Shown: positions 12,025-24,106 of the stretch, one piece after another | Layout of the letters: each line of letters begins with the position of its first letter | Position numbering within the stretch: the stretch's first letter is position 1 | Assembly (NCBI GenBank): GCA_002633005.1 | Contig: NMRA01000185.1 | Span: 679,993 to 743,992 of the forward strand | Source of the DNA: Phoronis australis | Lineage: Eukaryota > Animalia > Phoronida | Reading direction: 5' to 3' | Length of the DNA: 64,000 nucleotides | Translations under genes and position numbers: made by a program | Notes under the pieces: model-generated | Told to the model about the DNA's origin: nothing | The model's database searches: none | Seen by the model: only the letters and a program-made list of their open reading frames with translations

Positions 12025-12658
12025 AACACTTTCATCTTAATTACATGTTATAAATAGTTGTTACAAATGGGGTTTTAAACATGGAATGTCGGACACAAAG
12101 ATTTCTTTTCCACACAAATTCGCCACTCATCAGGACATACACTGTCTGGTTCATGAACTCTCGTGACCTGTGGCTACAGTCAGCAGCAGCAGAATGTAGG
12201 TCAAGGTTCTTGGTTAAGAATCTCTGGCAGACAGTCTTACTTGAGCGATAAAATGACACGTGATTGATGAAAAGCGCCATCTGTTAGCCGTAAAGGTTTT
12301 GGATGAGCGGGTACCTTTTGCACCACCATCAGTCTGTAATTTCAGCAGTTTTACCTTATGGAAAAATCACGATCATAGTTTGTTATATAGTTGTAACATT
12401 AGCTATTACAAATTTCACAAAACTCAAATTGTTCAAAAGTATTTATTGAAAATTAAACATCATACAGGTATTTGAAGGTGAATTCTTCACATCACAGTGA
12501 AGTCAAACTGGTTCTCAAACCTTATCAGTTCTTGGCCACAAAAGACATATCACTAAGTTCCTGATGTCTCCGACTGTAAAATCCGTGACAATCAGACTCA
12601 AGGACAAAACTGCCAAATGTAGCCTGTCACTTTAGATGACAAACCTAATGATACATTT

Positions 12659-13270
12659 TCGCAAAGATAGGAGCAAGCATTCTGCATTTTGTGCCTGAAC
12701 CTGCTATCCCGGTATCTTACGGATATTGCAGGATGAGTATACGCAACTGGGTACATACCCAGTCAGCAGCCCAGTGGGCGTCACTTAACTCCTGCAGAGA
12801 CCAAGGAGAATTTTCCCAACGTGATCAAACCAAAAGGTTCAAAAAGCCTTCTGAGTCTAGATAGATTGGGTATAAGACACGTCATTCAAATTTTGATGGG
12901 CCACTGCAACCAAGCCCGACACAGGCACATTACTGGGCATATGGGGAGCCCTGTGTGTCCCGAGTGTGGTACTGACGTAGAATCTCCTAAACACCTGGTA
13001 GAGTCTTGCCCAGCTTTTTACAGGCTAAGGAGCAACCTACTGGATGGCACTGTTACATGCCTACGACATATAGTGCATGGCAACAAATGGAAACGTCTGT
13101 CTGTTTTCCTAAAGGAGACTGACAGACTTGAAAACTTTCTTCACGAGGAGCCATAATTGGGGTCTCGTGCCTTTGCTCAGGTGTTTTGTGCAATGGGCCC
13201 AACTATGAGGCCTGCGCACGTTTGATGCACCGCAAATGACATCAGACCACCTGCACTGCTTTTTTTTTTT
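12659..13270 (+). mobile_element. 3' fragment of an RNase H-containing LINE (LOA/R1-like)
   Basis: Reads AKIGAS...PEPAIPVS (end of RNase H region), a frameshift, then GHC..RH and CPECGTDVESPKHLVESCPA (CCHC); 13-bp TSD TAATGATACATTT at 12646-12658 and 13271-13283. Confidence 0.8.
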
Positions 13271-15249
13271 TAATGATACATTTGTGTTGTGTGTGACTGT
13301 CAGGATGCAATGTACCGGTATTGGATGATATGTTCATTTCCTTTATCAGGTGTCTTTGTGATTTTTATTTTTTGTCCAGCAGTTTCCAGTTTTGTTTTGT
13401 GTTTTGTCAAACTGTTGTACGGTAATCTAAGAAGTCAGACATGTAAATGGTAAAAATGCAAAGTTACAAAATGGCAAAACCCTTTCGATCATTTTAATGT
13501 TAGCTAATACCTTATGTACAACTCTGCAATTAGCCCAATATCTAAATGATTTTCAAAGTTAGCTAAATTTGAACATTTTAGGGTCCTATGTATTCTAAGG
13601 TTTCCCCATACATCACTTATTGTGAAGATATAACTACATACGGGTTTTGTAGTATGGTATTTATCTTGTTAAGTACATTTTTGTGAGCATATGGACCCGT
13701 CTTACCCCTTTCCCCCTTTTTCTTCATTTCGGACCCTTCCTTTAATTCCTTTGTCCATAACTACACGTCGCTTTCCCAACCTTCATATTGGACTATTGTT
13801 ATCACTTTGGTCAGCTCTTGGCTATCATAGGCTGATGATGGTCACGTGCTTTTAGGTTTTCTCTTTGTTATCCATTCTTGTGTTTCAGTTCATCTTCTTA
13901 GTGACAACCACGTTGACGTACGTCCTAAAACTTCTGTTACCTTCATGTGGCTGGCGCTTTTTTATTGCCCATCTTACCAGATATCATTGTTTTTTATTTT
14001 GCTTATTTTGTATTCACTATCCATTACTTGTAATTGTTTATGTCATAGTATACGACCTTATATGGCCTACCTTGGTTTCCTTTTCATCTCTGGTAATGAG
14101 CTTGCGCTGCACATATCATTTATATACTATTTGGGATTGATGTTGATCATGAATATTTTATTTCATAATTCTTGAATATTGTTTCTCCAATGTACTTTTT
14201 TAATAATCTTTTTACCTTACTTTTCAGGTCTCAAGGGGACTCGCCCATGGATGCTGTTGAGGTGGTCTGTTGAATAAGGGATGAGGATATTGTGGGACCA
14301 TATGGAGGGGTAAGCATGTTACGGGTCTGTCTCAGGGAAACAGGCGCACAATGGCCAGTCTCGGTGGTGGGAAGGGACGCAACACATGATATTGGAGGGA
14401 GGGGGCTTGGGTGGCACTGGAGATGGCTGGCCTGCTCAGGGTGTGGAAGGCATCTGTTCCATAGGGACAGAGATGATGAGGGGTCAGTGTGACATCTGTA
14501 GAGGACCATTCTGTAAGGAAAGGGGTGATGAGGGGCCTACTCAAGGTGTCGATGTGACCTATGGGGAGGACAGGGATGTGAGAGGTCTATTCCAGGGAAA
14601 ATGGCTGATGAGGGGCCTAGTCAGGGGGTAACTTGTGTCCACGTGGTGCCTCGGGACTACTGGGATGATACTGAGACAGTTTTTGGGGTTACAGGTGTGA
14701 GAGCACCATCCAGGGATAAGGGATGTTAGGGCCACTTACGTTTCAGGGGAGTTAATGTCATTTGTAGATAAGTGCAAGTATTCAAGTTTTCTGTTTTAGT
14801 GACATATCTTCATATTAAAAGTGTTCATATAACTATTTTAAGGTGAAGTATTTATATGTAAGCAGTCTAACACATATTGTGTGGGATTTTTCCTTTGTGT
14901 TGTGTGCTTGTTATGTTTTATTTAATAATTCTTACTGCAGCAGTAATCCATTGAATCTTCTCTATGTTAAAAGCTAAAGGAATACCTTCATTTTTCTTTA
15001 TTAATATTTATTTGGGGCACAACAACCCTTCATTGCTCTTGGCACCAACAGTTGGTCTGCTTTGCTAATCCCACATTTCTGACTTGTTTGTATTGAGCTT
15101 GAGAATCTGCGTTTTTTAATTGTTAGATTTAACTCATTTGTCTTAAATGTATTTTGCTGATATTTTGAACATATGTAAGTTTTTTTCAGCTTAGAAGTTC
15201 AAAAATTGATTGAAAGGAGGTGAAATACCATTGCCATGTGTTCGCTTAA

Positions 15250-15630
15250 AGGAGAGTGCCACCCGATTTAATTAGTCTTTTTTTTGCCGTCTTAATCGGT
15301 CTATATCCACATCGCCTCGCATACGGTCGACCTTACCTTGCCAAGAGGTGTAGCGTTAACCTGTGAGGAAGGTGAGAAACGACGCTAGCGACGTCAGTGG
15401 TTCACATGCATAGTGAATGCATCGTTCCCGCTTGTCCGAACTAAGCAGCTGCGAGGAAAGCGGGTATGTCGTTTTTTTACTTCCTCGAGAGTCCGAAATG
15501 CTTAGAAAGTGGCTCATGGTAGTGGGAATGAAATGTACGCTGTAATTAGCAAGTATGAGGCCGGGAAACATCTCCGTGTCTGCAGACGTCGACAGTGCCT
15601 GACGAATGTCGGCTTACCAAATAACTCCAT
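15250..15630 (+). mobile_element. Non-autonomous Kolobok-like element, copy 2 (truncated)
   Basis: TTAA|AGGAGAGTGCCACCC terminus; colinear with the other two copies up to TTACCAAATAACTCC. Confidence 0.7.
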
Positions 15631-16417
15631 AGACTCTATTCACGCGGGGGACATTAAAATCCAAAGCGAGGCTCACTGCGATAAACAAAGCGGAAATTGA
15701 CATTGCGTGAGTTAAATGGCCGGTCCAACCTGAATATTAAATCTTAAAAAATGTGTCAATAATTAACCACAGAGACGTAGAAAAATACAGTTAAAGAACA
15801 AGTCAATGCACCAAAGAGTTGTCTGACGAAAGGATATAGTTTTTTTTCCGGAAAACTAGGTTCGAAATAAAAAGTAAACATGACCAAATTGCGGCGATCG
15901 TAGTGTTACGGATTAGGTATCATGCTGAATGCAGGGTTACATTTCTTCTAATAAATTCTTGATAAAAATGTTTTCTACACGAACCAGGTCATCTGGTCGT
16001 ATTGTTGACGAGTTGAAGATATATTCGAGAGTGGTGGCTCATAGCATTTTGCTATCATGTGCAATTGTCACATCTGGTTTAATTTGATGATCAAGAGTAG
16101 GCCCAGCATATTAGTTTCAAGCATAGCCTAGGTCCTGGTGAGTTAGGCACTACCGGGACTAACATTGATCTGAAATAATACTTGATGTTATTAAATATAT
16201 ATTTTGATTACGATAAAAAACAGGCTCGCAATTGAAAATAAAAATTATATGACCATCAATTCTGCTTTCTTGGTTTTAATAATTACGTCTATTTCATGTG
16301 TTATATTTTTCAAATATCAATCTCGACCAAGTTGAATTTTAAAATCAAAACACCTAATTCTTTCGTCCAAAGCATAACCTCGTTTTAGAGTTCAATTTCA
16401 GTTAACTGGACAAAACA

Positions 16418-16560
16418 CAGTGGCGGATTTAGAGGGGAACCAAGGGGGCCATGCCCCCCTTAAAATTCAGTTCAGGAGCGCGAATGTCTGACGGGTAAAA
16501 TCCTGGATAATACTCTGCCTTGCCCCCCCCTCCCTAACTCAATGTCCTGGATCCCCCCTG
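16418..16560. mobile_element. CAGTGGCGGAT MITE, degenerate 5-bp TSD
   Basis: TIR CAGTGGCGGATT / GGATCCCCCCTG; flanks AAACA/GAACA. Confidence 0.65.
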
Positions 16561-16586
16561 GAACAACCATAGTTATCATCTTTCTT

Positions 16587-17240
16587 CAGAGGCCTCGTTT
16601 ATATCCTAGGGAAAGGTGCCTGTGCGGCCATCTGAAAGGGAAACGTTTCGCCGAGTGACGGGTCAGTGAAAAATCTGCGGACCTCCCGATCACCATCAAT
16701 AACATCCCGCCCTGTTGAAAGCTCTCATAGCTCTGTCTCAAGTAGCATTTTCAGTGGCTGATCTAAGATACCATGAGGGGGGGGCCGACATCCTCGGAAG
16801 CGCTGGGCAAAACGGGATTGTATGTACGCAAGGCAGGCGGCCCGGAAGATGCGGGCGTCGAGGATGTATACCTTCTGTTCAGGAAATCTGTCGTTGGACT
16901 AAAAAAAAACGGAACGTGTTTTCCCCCCTCGTCCGCTACCATGGTTCTAGCTGGAACTCCGTATTACCTCCCGCTTCACGTTTTGCTGGTTTATTTTGCT
17001 TGCGGCAGTCAAGAGGGGGGACGGGCCCCTGCCCCCCCCCTAAATCCACCTATGAGTTTGTACTTTTTCAAATTGTCACCTCTGTGGTCACAGGTGATTT
17101 GAACCATTGAAGAGCAATTTTCAATCACTAAGGGAATTTTTAGACCTCGTGGGGCCGGGAATTTCGCGGGACTTTTCAATATTTTTGAGAGGGGAATAGG
17201 GCCGATATTTGGCCCCAAAATTGAGGGATGGAGGGCCCTG
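16587..17240 (-). mobile_element. CAGGGCC-family MITE carrying a nested MITE (16752-17054)
   Basis: Reverse complement aligns by eye to 45535-45830; flanks TTCTT/TCCTT; inner element CAGTGG...CCTATG has flanks ATTTT/AGTTT. Confidence 0.7.
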
Positions 17241-18559
17241 TCCTTTTCGTAAAGAAAACTGCATCACGCTTCAACCCGTAATCGTGAAAACCAGCCTGGC
17301 TAGCCGAAGATTCTCCGGTCACGGGTCCTCGTTGCTATGAAGGCATCCGAGATGTGACAAATTATGATTCGAAAACAGTTATAAATTTGATACGGACATA
17401 TTTTCTTTCGTCGCAAGGACCCAACGCTTCCGAATCCCAACGTCCTTAAGGATTGTAAAACAGACAGTTGAGTGTCCGTGTAAGAATAAATATTGATTAA
17501 GTAATTAGTAAGAATAGATCCATTTTAAGTTGCCCAAAATTTGTGCGTGTGTACTTTTAAATCATGGGGTCAGACTTGTTTGACATGTACTTTAACGTCA
17601 AAATCTACAACTTTGGGTTCTGGGGTCAAAGTACTCTAGAGATTCTAGAAAATTCTGAGAACAAATTGTAACAGCCTATAATATGTTTGGATATGATCAC
17701 TAAAAAAGTAGAATGTTATATTATGGCTGAAATCAACAAGATAATTAGATGAGCTATAGTAGTTGAAGCATAAAGACTTGGTACAGTGTACAAAGGCAAT
17801 TGTACAACAGAGCCATCTCGTGGAAGATTCTAGGAAGTATCTTGGAAAGGTCAAGGATTAACGAACAGGAAGTTAACTAAGAGCTTGTCACTTGCATCGT
17901 GGGTAGTAAAGTGTTTCGTCACCAGCCAGAGATTGTGACCAGCAAGAAGAATCGCGGGTAGAAGAAATTGCCTGCAAGTGTTGCATCACCAGATACGGTG
18001 ACCAGCAAGTACACTGTCGCTATGGAGGCACAGAACAGTTCTCACTGGGTTTTGGCCAGCAAAACACACATCACTTGATTTGTCACCTTCTCTTCACTCT
18101 GTCAAAAACAGGATGCAAAGAATGACATGTTTTCAATTATTTCACATAAAAATCCCTGCAGATGAGCACAGAAACTTTATTCTCTCTTGTATTTTTGACC
18201 CTTTCATTCCCACTGAAAACCAAGCTAGACGAAGAAAAATAAGGGCAAAAAATGCAAAATTGGCACTTTTCACCTCAAAAACACCACTTCCCTGCCGATG
18301 CACGACTAAAGCCAACATTAGAGTCTGAAAGCAAATTTCCTACCGATTCCGAAAATGTGGTCCAAAAGTACTGTCAACCAACTAGTTCTTTGGCAATTCT
18401 TGCTTGTTTGAGGGCTACCTAGAATCACAGCCAATTTCTCAGTCGATACCCAGCAATGCACAATGGGACTATTCGGAAAATCTACAATAACTAGAGGGCG
18501 CGCGTGTACTAGTGGTGATAGATTAACAGCCTCGATTTCGTGAGCCCTTTAAATACATG

Positions 18560-20215
18560 GTGAAATGGCTTGCAGCCGTGCCAACTGAATCTGAGATTGC
18601 GTGAAAAGGGTGCTTCTATGAGAGGAAGTAAGCACGACCTTATACAAAGGTAAGGTTGTGATTATTTTAACGATTATTCCATGCTTCTTCTACCGATGCC
18701 TGTTAACTGAGGTACTCGCCGATGTCGACTTCGCGGCAGTCGCCAGTCGGGTTAATCTTTGTTTGTTGTGATATGTGATACGATACTTGACGTAGCAATC
18801 GGGATCTTTTCGTACATCAAAGCATTATTATTGTTTGGAATGATTTCTAACAGTTTATCAGTGACAGTTACATCAATCAATGCTGAATGTTTATGCTGTC
18901 AACTCGATACAGGTTAATGAGTTAAGATTACAATCCAAGCCCAATGCCAAAGCGGGGTACGTGACAAATATCCATTGCATTAGACTATTTCTTTACTCCC
19001 TATCATATGTCGTCTGGAAATCTATTACACGTTGAAATGGAAATCTATCAAGTCTGTTTTCACGTAACCTTTGGTTTTTAGGTTTGAGGGCTTGTACCGT
19101 GCAGAGGAGATATGCATCGCTTCTGCACCGTCCCTGAATGGACAAAAATTGGTTTTTAGCATTTGACTGCAGCTAACCAACAAGACCTTCCCATCCAGTG
19201 CAGATCTTTTGTCAAATCCTACTTTCAATATTGGAGGCAACGAACAAAGCCTTTGAAAAGGAACAGCTATTTTTAAAGAAAGGTGTGTAAGTCATTTTGT
19301 TAATTTTCTTATTCAAGTCCTTAGCGGGGGATTGGCATGGGGGGTTGGGGTTGTATATTTGGTACAACTAAATGTGTGGAAATAACAGGTAATACATGTT
19401 TGGGGAAAAGAGCATGGTGAGGTAATTCTTAACCTTCATGAAGTCCCTTCGAATTGATTTCTTGAAACTGTTTTGCTACTTGTATCAATTGTAAACCCAT
19501 GAAAATATATTACATTTTCTGAATTCACAGTGACTGAATAGTCTTAACTCATGCCTTGAAATGTTGCAAGTCATTATAAATTCAAATGACTGCCATTTTT
19601 GTGAAAATTGCATTTTTGATGGTGCCTTAAGGTTTGTAATTACTCTTAAACAACAGAAAGATTAATCATCATTTTTAAATGACCCAAGTCTTCATATCTT
19701 CTATTAGAAGAAAAATTAAAAGTCTGAGAAACGGTTCCCTCAACCTTAGACTAGAAGTATTCTTGACAGACCCATGAACCTGTAATCGGAGTTTAAAATT
19801 GCTGAAAGTATCAAAATTAAAAAGTCTTGAAAATGGGTAACAAAGGTTTGAAGTTGTCTCAAAAAGCTTGTATATTTTGCAGACAAGTGATGCGTTTACA
19901 TAATTGTTATGGCTACGAATAAAAAATAAAGACACAGTTTAATGCAATGCTTATTATATACACCCTTGGTTTCTGAAAATAGTAATTATTTAATTTTATG
20001 TGAAACTGTAGAGCAGTCACCATATATTTTTGAATAACAGGGATAATGTTTTTGACCCAATCTGGTGTACTTAAATATTCACATTTCAATATTTGTTCCA
20101 GGTTCAGTGACATTTTAAAGCCACTTCAAGCTGTATCATAGACAAGCTTTATTACTCCGTTCTCTTCCCACAGCACTTCCACACACCAGCAGTGCTGCAT
20201 GACACAATGTACAAG
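18560..20215 (+). pseudogene. Degenerate spliced SAP-domain gene, possibly the SAP-SWIM-YqaJ accessory gene of an ISL2EU-like transposon
   Basis: QLNLRLREKGASMRGSKHDLIQR ends at donor AG|GTAAGG (~18649) and resembles a SAP motif; the next exon from ~19082 gives frameshifted PEW..GF..LT...DLP...KSYF. Confidence 0.35.
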
Positions 20216-22170
20216 TCAGTGGCCCTGGAGAAATGTAAATCGCAGTACTAAGTAAATTCCAGTTTCGATAGCTGTTACCAGCGCTTGTATCACTGGATCT
20301 TCACGGCTTGCTGCACGTACCTCTTCTACAGTAATTGACTTCGGGACTGCAGTCTTCATTACATACTGAATGAAAGCTTCTCCTGCGTTTTGTCGATTCG
20401 GCTGTGTCACTGGATGACGACTCATGTAGTCTGCTGGGTTGTTCTCGTTTTTTCCTGGACGATACTGCACGGTCATTTCATATGGCATAAGTCGTAGTCT
20501 CCATCGCTCCATTCTTGCTGTGGTCGGCTTCTGGCTCTTGATTATACCAAGCAAAGGTTTATGATCAGTGGTGATCGTGAAGGTTGAGCCATAAATGTAG
20601 ATATGGAACTTTTCAACTCCAAAGACAAGTGCGAGCATTTCTCGGTCTGTCTGTGAGTATCGTGTCTCAGTGTCAGTGAGTGCACGGCTTGCATACGAGA
20701 TGACTTTACCTTCTTGCATCAAGACTCAGCACCTAGGCCAACTGGGCTTGCGTCGGCTAGTATTTCGGTTTTCTTCTGATGGTCGAAATATGCAAGTACT
20801 GAGGTACTTGTCAGCGCATCCTTCAGGTTATTGAAAGCTGTCTCTTCATCTTTGCCCCATGACCATGTGACATCCTTCTTGGTGAGACCTCGTAACGGTT
20901 CAACAATGGTGGCATAATGACGAATAAATCTGGAAAGGTACTGCGCCATTCCGAGTAGAGATCGAACTTCTGCAGATGAGGAAGGAGCATTCATGTCGAG
21001 GATGGCCTGAGTCTTGGACGGTTGTGGAGATATGCCTTGTGCACCAAACGTATGGCCATAGAAGGTAAGTTGATTCACAGAGAATAGGCACTTCTCTTTG
21101 TTGAGCTTAGCATCACTGTCGTTCAGCCTCTTCAGTGTTGCTTGTAGGCTTGCATCGTGTTCCATCTGGGTTTTGCCGAAGACAATTATGTCGTCTGAGA
21201 GGTTCTTGGCACCTGGGATGTCCTGAAGTAACTGTGCAATAGTATTCTGAAATAGTTCAGCTGCAGCGTTGACTCCAAACAGTAGTCTCTTGTATCGTCG
21301 TAGACCAACATGTGTTGTAAATGTGGTGATGAAGCGACTTTCTTCGTCCAACTCTAGTTGATGGTAGGCACTTGACATGTCTAACTTGCTGAAGACTGTA
21401 GCCTCATTCAGGTCATGGACAAGGTCATCAATAGTCGGCATGATGTGCTTGGTTCGCTTAATCGCTTTATTGGCTTCTCTCATGTCGACACACAGTCGTA
21501 CGCCTTCTTTCTTGGGTATTACTACAAGTGGGCTAATCCATGGGGTGGGGCCGTTGACTTCCTCAATCACGTCGAGATCGGTCAGTCGTGCAATTTCTTG
21601 TTCGACATCTTTTCGCACGTGAAATGGAATGCGTCGATGCCTCTGAGTTATCGGTTGTATGGTGTTATCGATGTGGAGCTTGATCTTGACATCTTTGAGT
21701 TTGCCAATGCCTGGAGAAAACAGATGAGAATACTCTTCACTCTCCGGGATGGATGACTGGAAGGCATACTGGATGAGACCAAGTGCTTGGGCGGTTTGTC
21801 CACAAAGTAGGCTGCAAGTGGGACGGTCACGTTGAATCAGGTAGAAGGTCGCCATGCATTTAGAGCCATTATACGCCACTTCCGTTTTGAAGGAGCCCAC
21901 TACGTCGAGGCATGCATCTTGTGCGTATGCGTAAATCTTCGTCGACCGGGGTTGTAGTGTAGGTCTCTCAGGAAAATGCTGTAGCATGGACTCGGGAATA
22001 ATATTCACTGAAGCTCCCGTATCTACAATGAATTCTACTGATGTATTAAGGAGTGAAATAGTGACCCTTGTGCGAAATGTCCAACTTTTCCACAGTTCAG
22101 ACAGTATCTCCCTTTTGCAGGACATATGGTGTTCGCAGGATGGGGAAAATCTCCACCACAGTTGCGACAC
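20216..22170 (-). pseudogene. Gypsy pol (protease-RT-RNase H), frameshifted
   Basis: FIVDTGASVNII protease; VRLCVDMR and LSDDII RT; ADASPVGLG, YASRALTDTETRYSQTDRE and TDHKPL RNase H. Confidence 0.9.
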
Positions 22171-22265
22171 ACACGGTTTCGTTTTCGCCAGTTGTTGTTG
22201 GGCTTGTGGTTCTTACTGGTGTGGGTCTGCCCTGATGATGTTCGCTTCGGGACTCGCGAGTTGAA

Positions 22266-22826
22266 TTATTTCTTGGGTCTGTGCTGGTCCTGTTGCTTGA
22301 ACTTATGGGGCGGCTGTGATTTGTGCTTGTGCAATGTTAGCAAGTTGACACCCTTTTCAATGTCACTGGCACCCATGTTGTCTCGTAGGCCACGACGGCG
22401 GAGTCGAGTGGAGGTACACCCATGAAGAATCTGTGTTAAGATCTCACGATCTGTGTCATGAAAGTCACATGTGGCTGCAAGTGTTCTCAAGCGAGTGTGA
22501 AACGAGTCGATTGTCTCTGATGGTTCTTGCACCGCTTGCCTGAATTTGTATGTTTCATATGCAGTGTTTTGCTTAGGCGTGAAGTAAGTAGTGAAGCTTT
22601 GTTTCACAATATCATAGGCATCTTCTTCATCCTTCATGCTATCATAGATATCGAACCCCTCTTCGCCTATGTAATGTAGTAATAGGGCTTTCTTACGTTT
22701 AGTGTCAGTAATGTCTAGGGCTAAAAGCATGTTTTCAAACTTGTTTAGCCATTTCATCCACCTACTACCCGCGGATTGTTCATTGGCATGTACCAGAAAC
22801 GGGGGAAAGGCAGGTAGGGATGTCAT
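22266..22826 (-). pseudogene. Gypsy gag
   Basis: RWMKWLNKFEN, ALLLHYIG and FRQAVQEPSETIDSFHTRLR motifs; a CCHC knuckle continues in a shifted frame. Confidence 0.85.
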
Positions 22827-22955
22827 ATCAACAGCACGGACTCAGCGTGTACGGGCGAGGACAGCTCAAATATACTGCTAATGTCAGTTCGTGACAGGTT
22901 ATGTAGGAATAACACGTATCCCTGTGACTTCTCGGTTGTTATTGGGGTCTTGTCG

Positions 22956-22968
22956 ATCCTCGTCGCCA
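22956..22968 (-). promoter_or_regulatory. Primer-binding site, probably tRNA-Ser
   Basis: TGGCGACGAGGAT one base inside the LTR end, complementary to a ...ATCCTCGTCGCCA tRNA 3' end. Confidence 0.75.
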
Positions 22969-22969
22969 G

Positions 22970-23102
22970 TGTTGCATCGTTAGTTAATCTAATAAAACAA
23001 GTATTAAATCAGGAACCAACGTGTATTGTGTACGTCAGACGATCCACGTACCGGAAGTGACTCCTTACATTTATACTATTCGAATGTAACAACACTACAA
23101 CA
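22970..23102 (-). repeat. 5' LTR, 133 bp
   Basis: Minus strand TGTTGTAG...ATGCAACA with terminal inverted repeat, directly followed by the PBS. Confidence 0.75.
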
Positions 23103-23399
23103 ATGATCCTAGTTATTGAACAGATAAGAAAAATTCTCTGTGAGGCAGTAGGACCTAGTGAGTAAAGTGGTTTTGGGTTTGCTTGATTCAATTGTTTGTC
23201 ATGATAGTTGTTTTTGAAACATTACATATTTTAAGGATAATTTAATTTTAGCTGCAGTCACTGTGGTTGATGATCAGTTGAAAGATGGTGGAGGTTGGTT
23301 TTATACCACTAATTGATTAAATATTGGTGTTTATGAGTGTAAGAAAAGTGCATTCATTTAAATGTGTAGATGCTGAGGTTGGCCAGTAATGAAATATAT

Positions 23400-23511
23400 C
23401 AAATAAACACAGAAAAATCAGGAACCCCAACTGGGAATTGAACCACAGGTCTCTAGATTGCCAGTCTAGTGGTCTTACCACTAGACCCGCAATCTAGAGA
23501 CCTGTGGTTCA
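23400..23511 (-). mobile_element. tRNA-derived SINE head with fold-back duplication
   Basis: Minus strand TGGTAAGACCACTAGACTGGCAATCTAGAGACCTGTGGTTCAATTCCC shows partial A box, anticodon arm and B box; no complete acceptor stem. Confidence 0.65.
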
Positions 23512-24106
23512 TTTAATATGTGGTGTGTCTGTCCACCTATTTTGCAAATTTGCTTTCCATTTTTCTGACTAGACACATGAATGACCATTTCCACTGCTGG
23601 AATTTTTTCCCAACTTCACTTTCTATCTGCAAACCTATGACCTTGGCTGTTAATTTAATGATACAGTGTTCACATACAAAGAAGTCAAAACTGACACATT
23701 GCATTGGATGCTATGTAACCGTGAATATTCAAATTTGTAGCAAGTGATAACTTCCTGGAGAACTGTGTACAAGTATAATCAGGAAAAGAAACAATTTGTA
23801 AATAAATTACGTTTTTTAAGAAAACACCACAACTGATACACTGAAAAACACATGTGAGCATATAGGAAACCCTAGTAATTCCAAATATTATGCAATCAGT
23901 ATTTGATAGTGAAATGAACAAATAATTATTAAAAACTGCGTTGTTTTATTAAGGTAACAATGACATATTGCCATACTCATTTACATAAAAATAGTATTGT
24001 AAACAAGACTTTTGCAAGACCTATGGTTGTTTGTAAAGTAGTACTTCATTTGCATATTCACTATTTAACGAAACATCTTTAATCTAGTACTTATGTTTAC
24101 TTTCAG

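Larger units (their letters stand above)
9478..12321. mobile_element. Non-autonomous DNA transposon (MULE-like), ~50-bp TIRs and 9-bp TSD, interrupted by a LINE
   Basis: TIR GCAAAAGGTACCCGCTCATCCAAAACCTTTACGGC(A/T)AACAGATGGCGCT at both ends; TSD ACCACCATC at 9469-9477 and 12322-12330. Confidence 0.9.
20250..23102 (-). mobile_element. Ty3/Gypsy (Mag-like) LTR retrotransposon lacking integrase and 3' LTR
   Basis: 5' LTR, PBS, gag, protease, RT and RNase H in order; homology stops after RNase H near 20250. Confidence 0.9.

Noticed and set aside
13690-14760. Penelope-like region with hammerhead core CTGATGA at ~13832
   Set aside because: No matching GAAA or stem II, and no readable RT or GIY-YIG peptide
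17870-18500. Helentron/HINE-like element with AACTAG-type ends (similar motif near 25695)
   Set aside because: Only a short terminal motif; no subterminal inverted repeat or second copy could be verified
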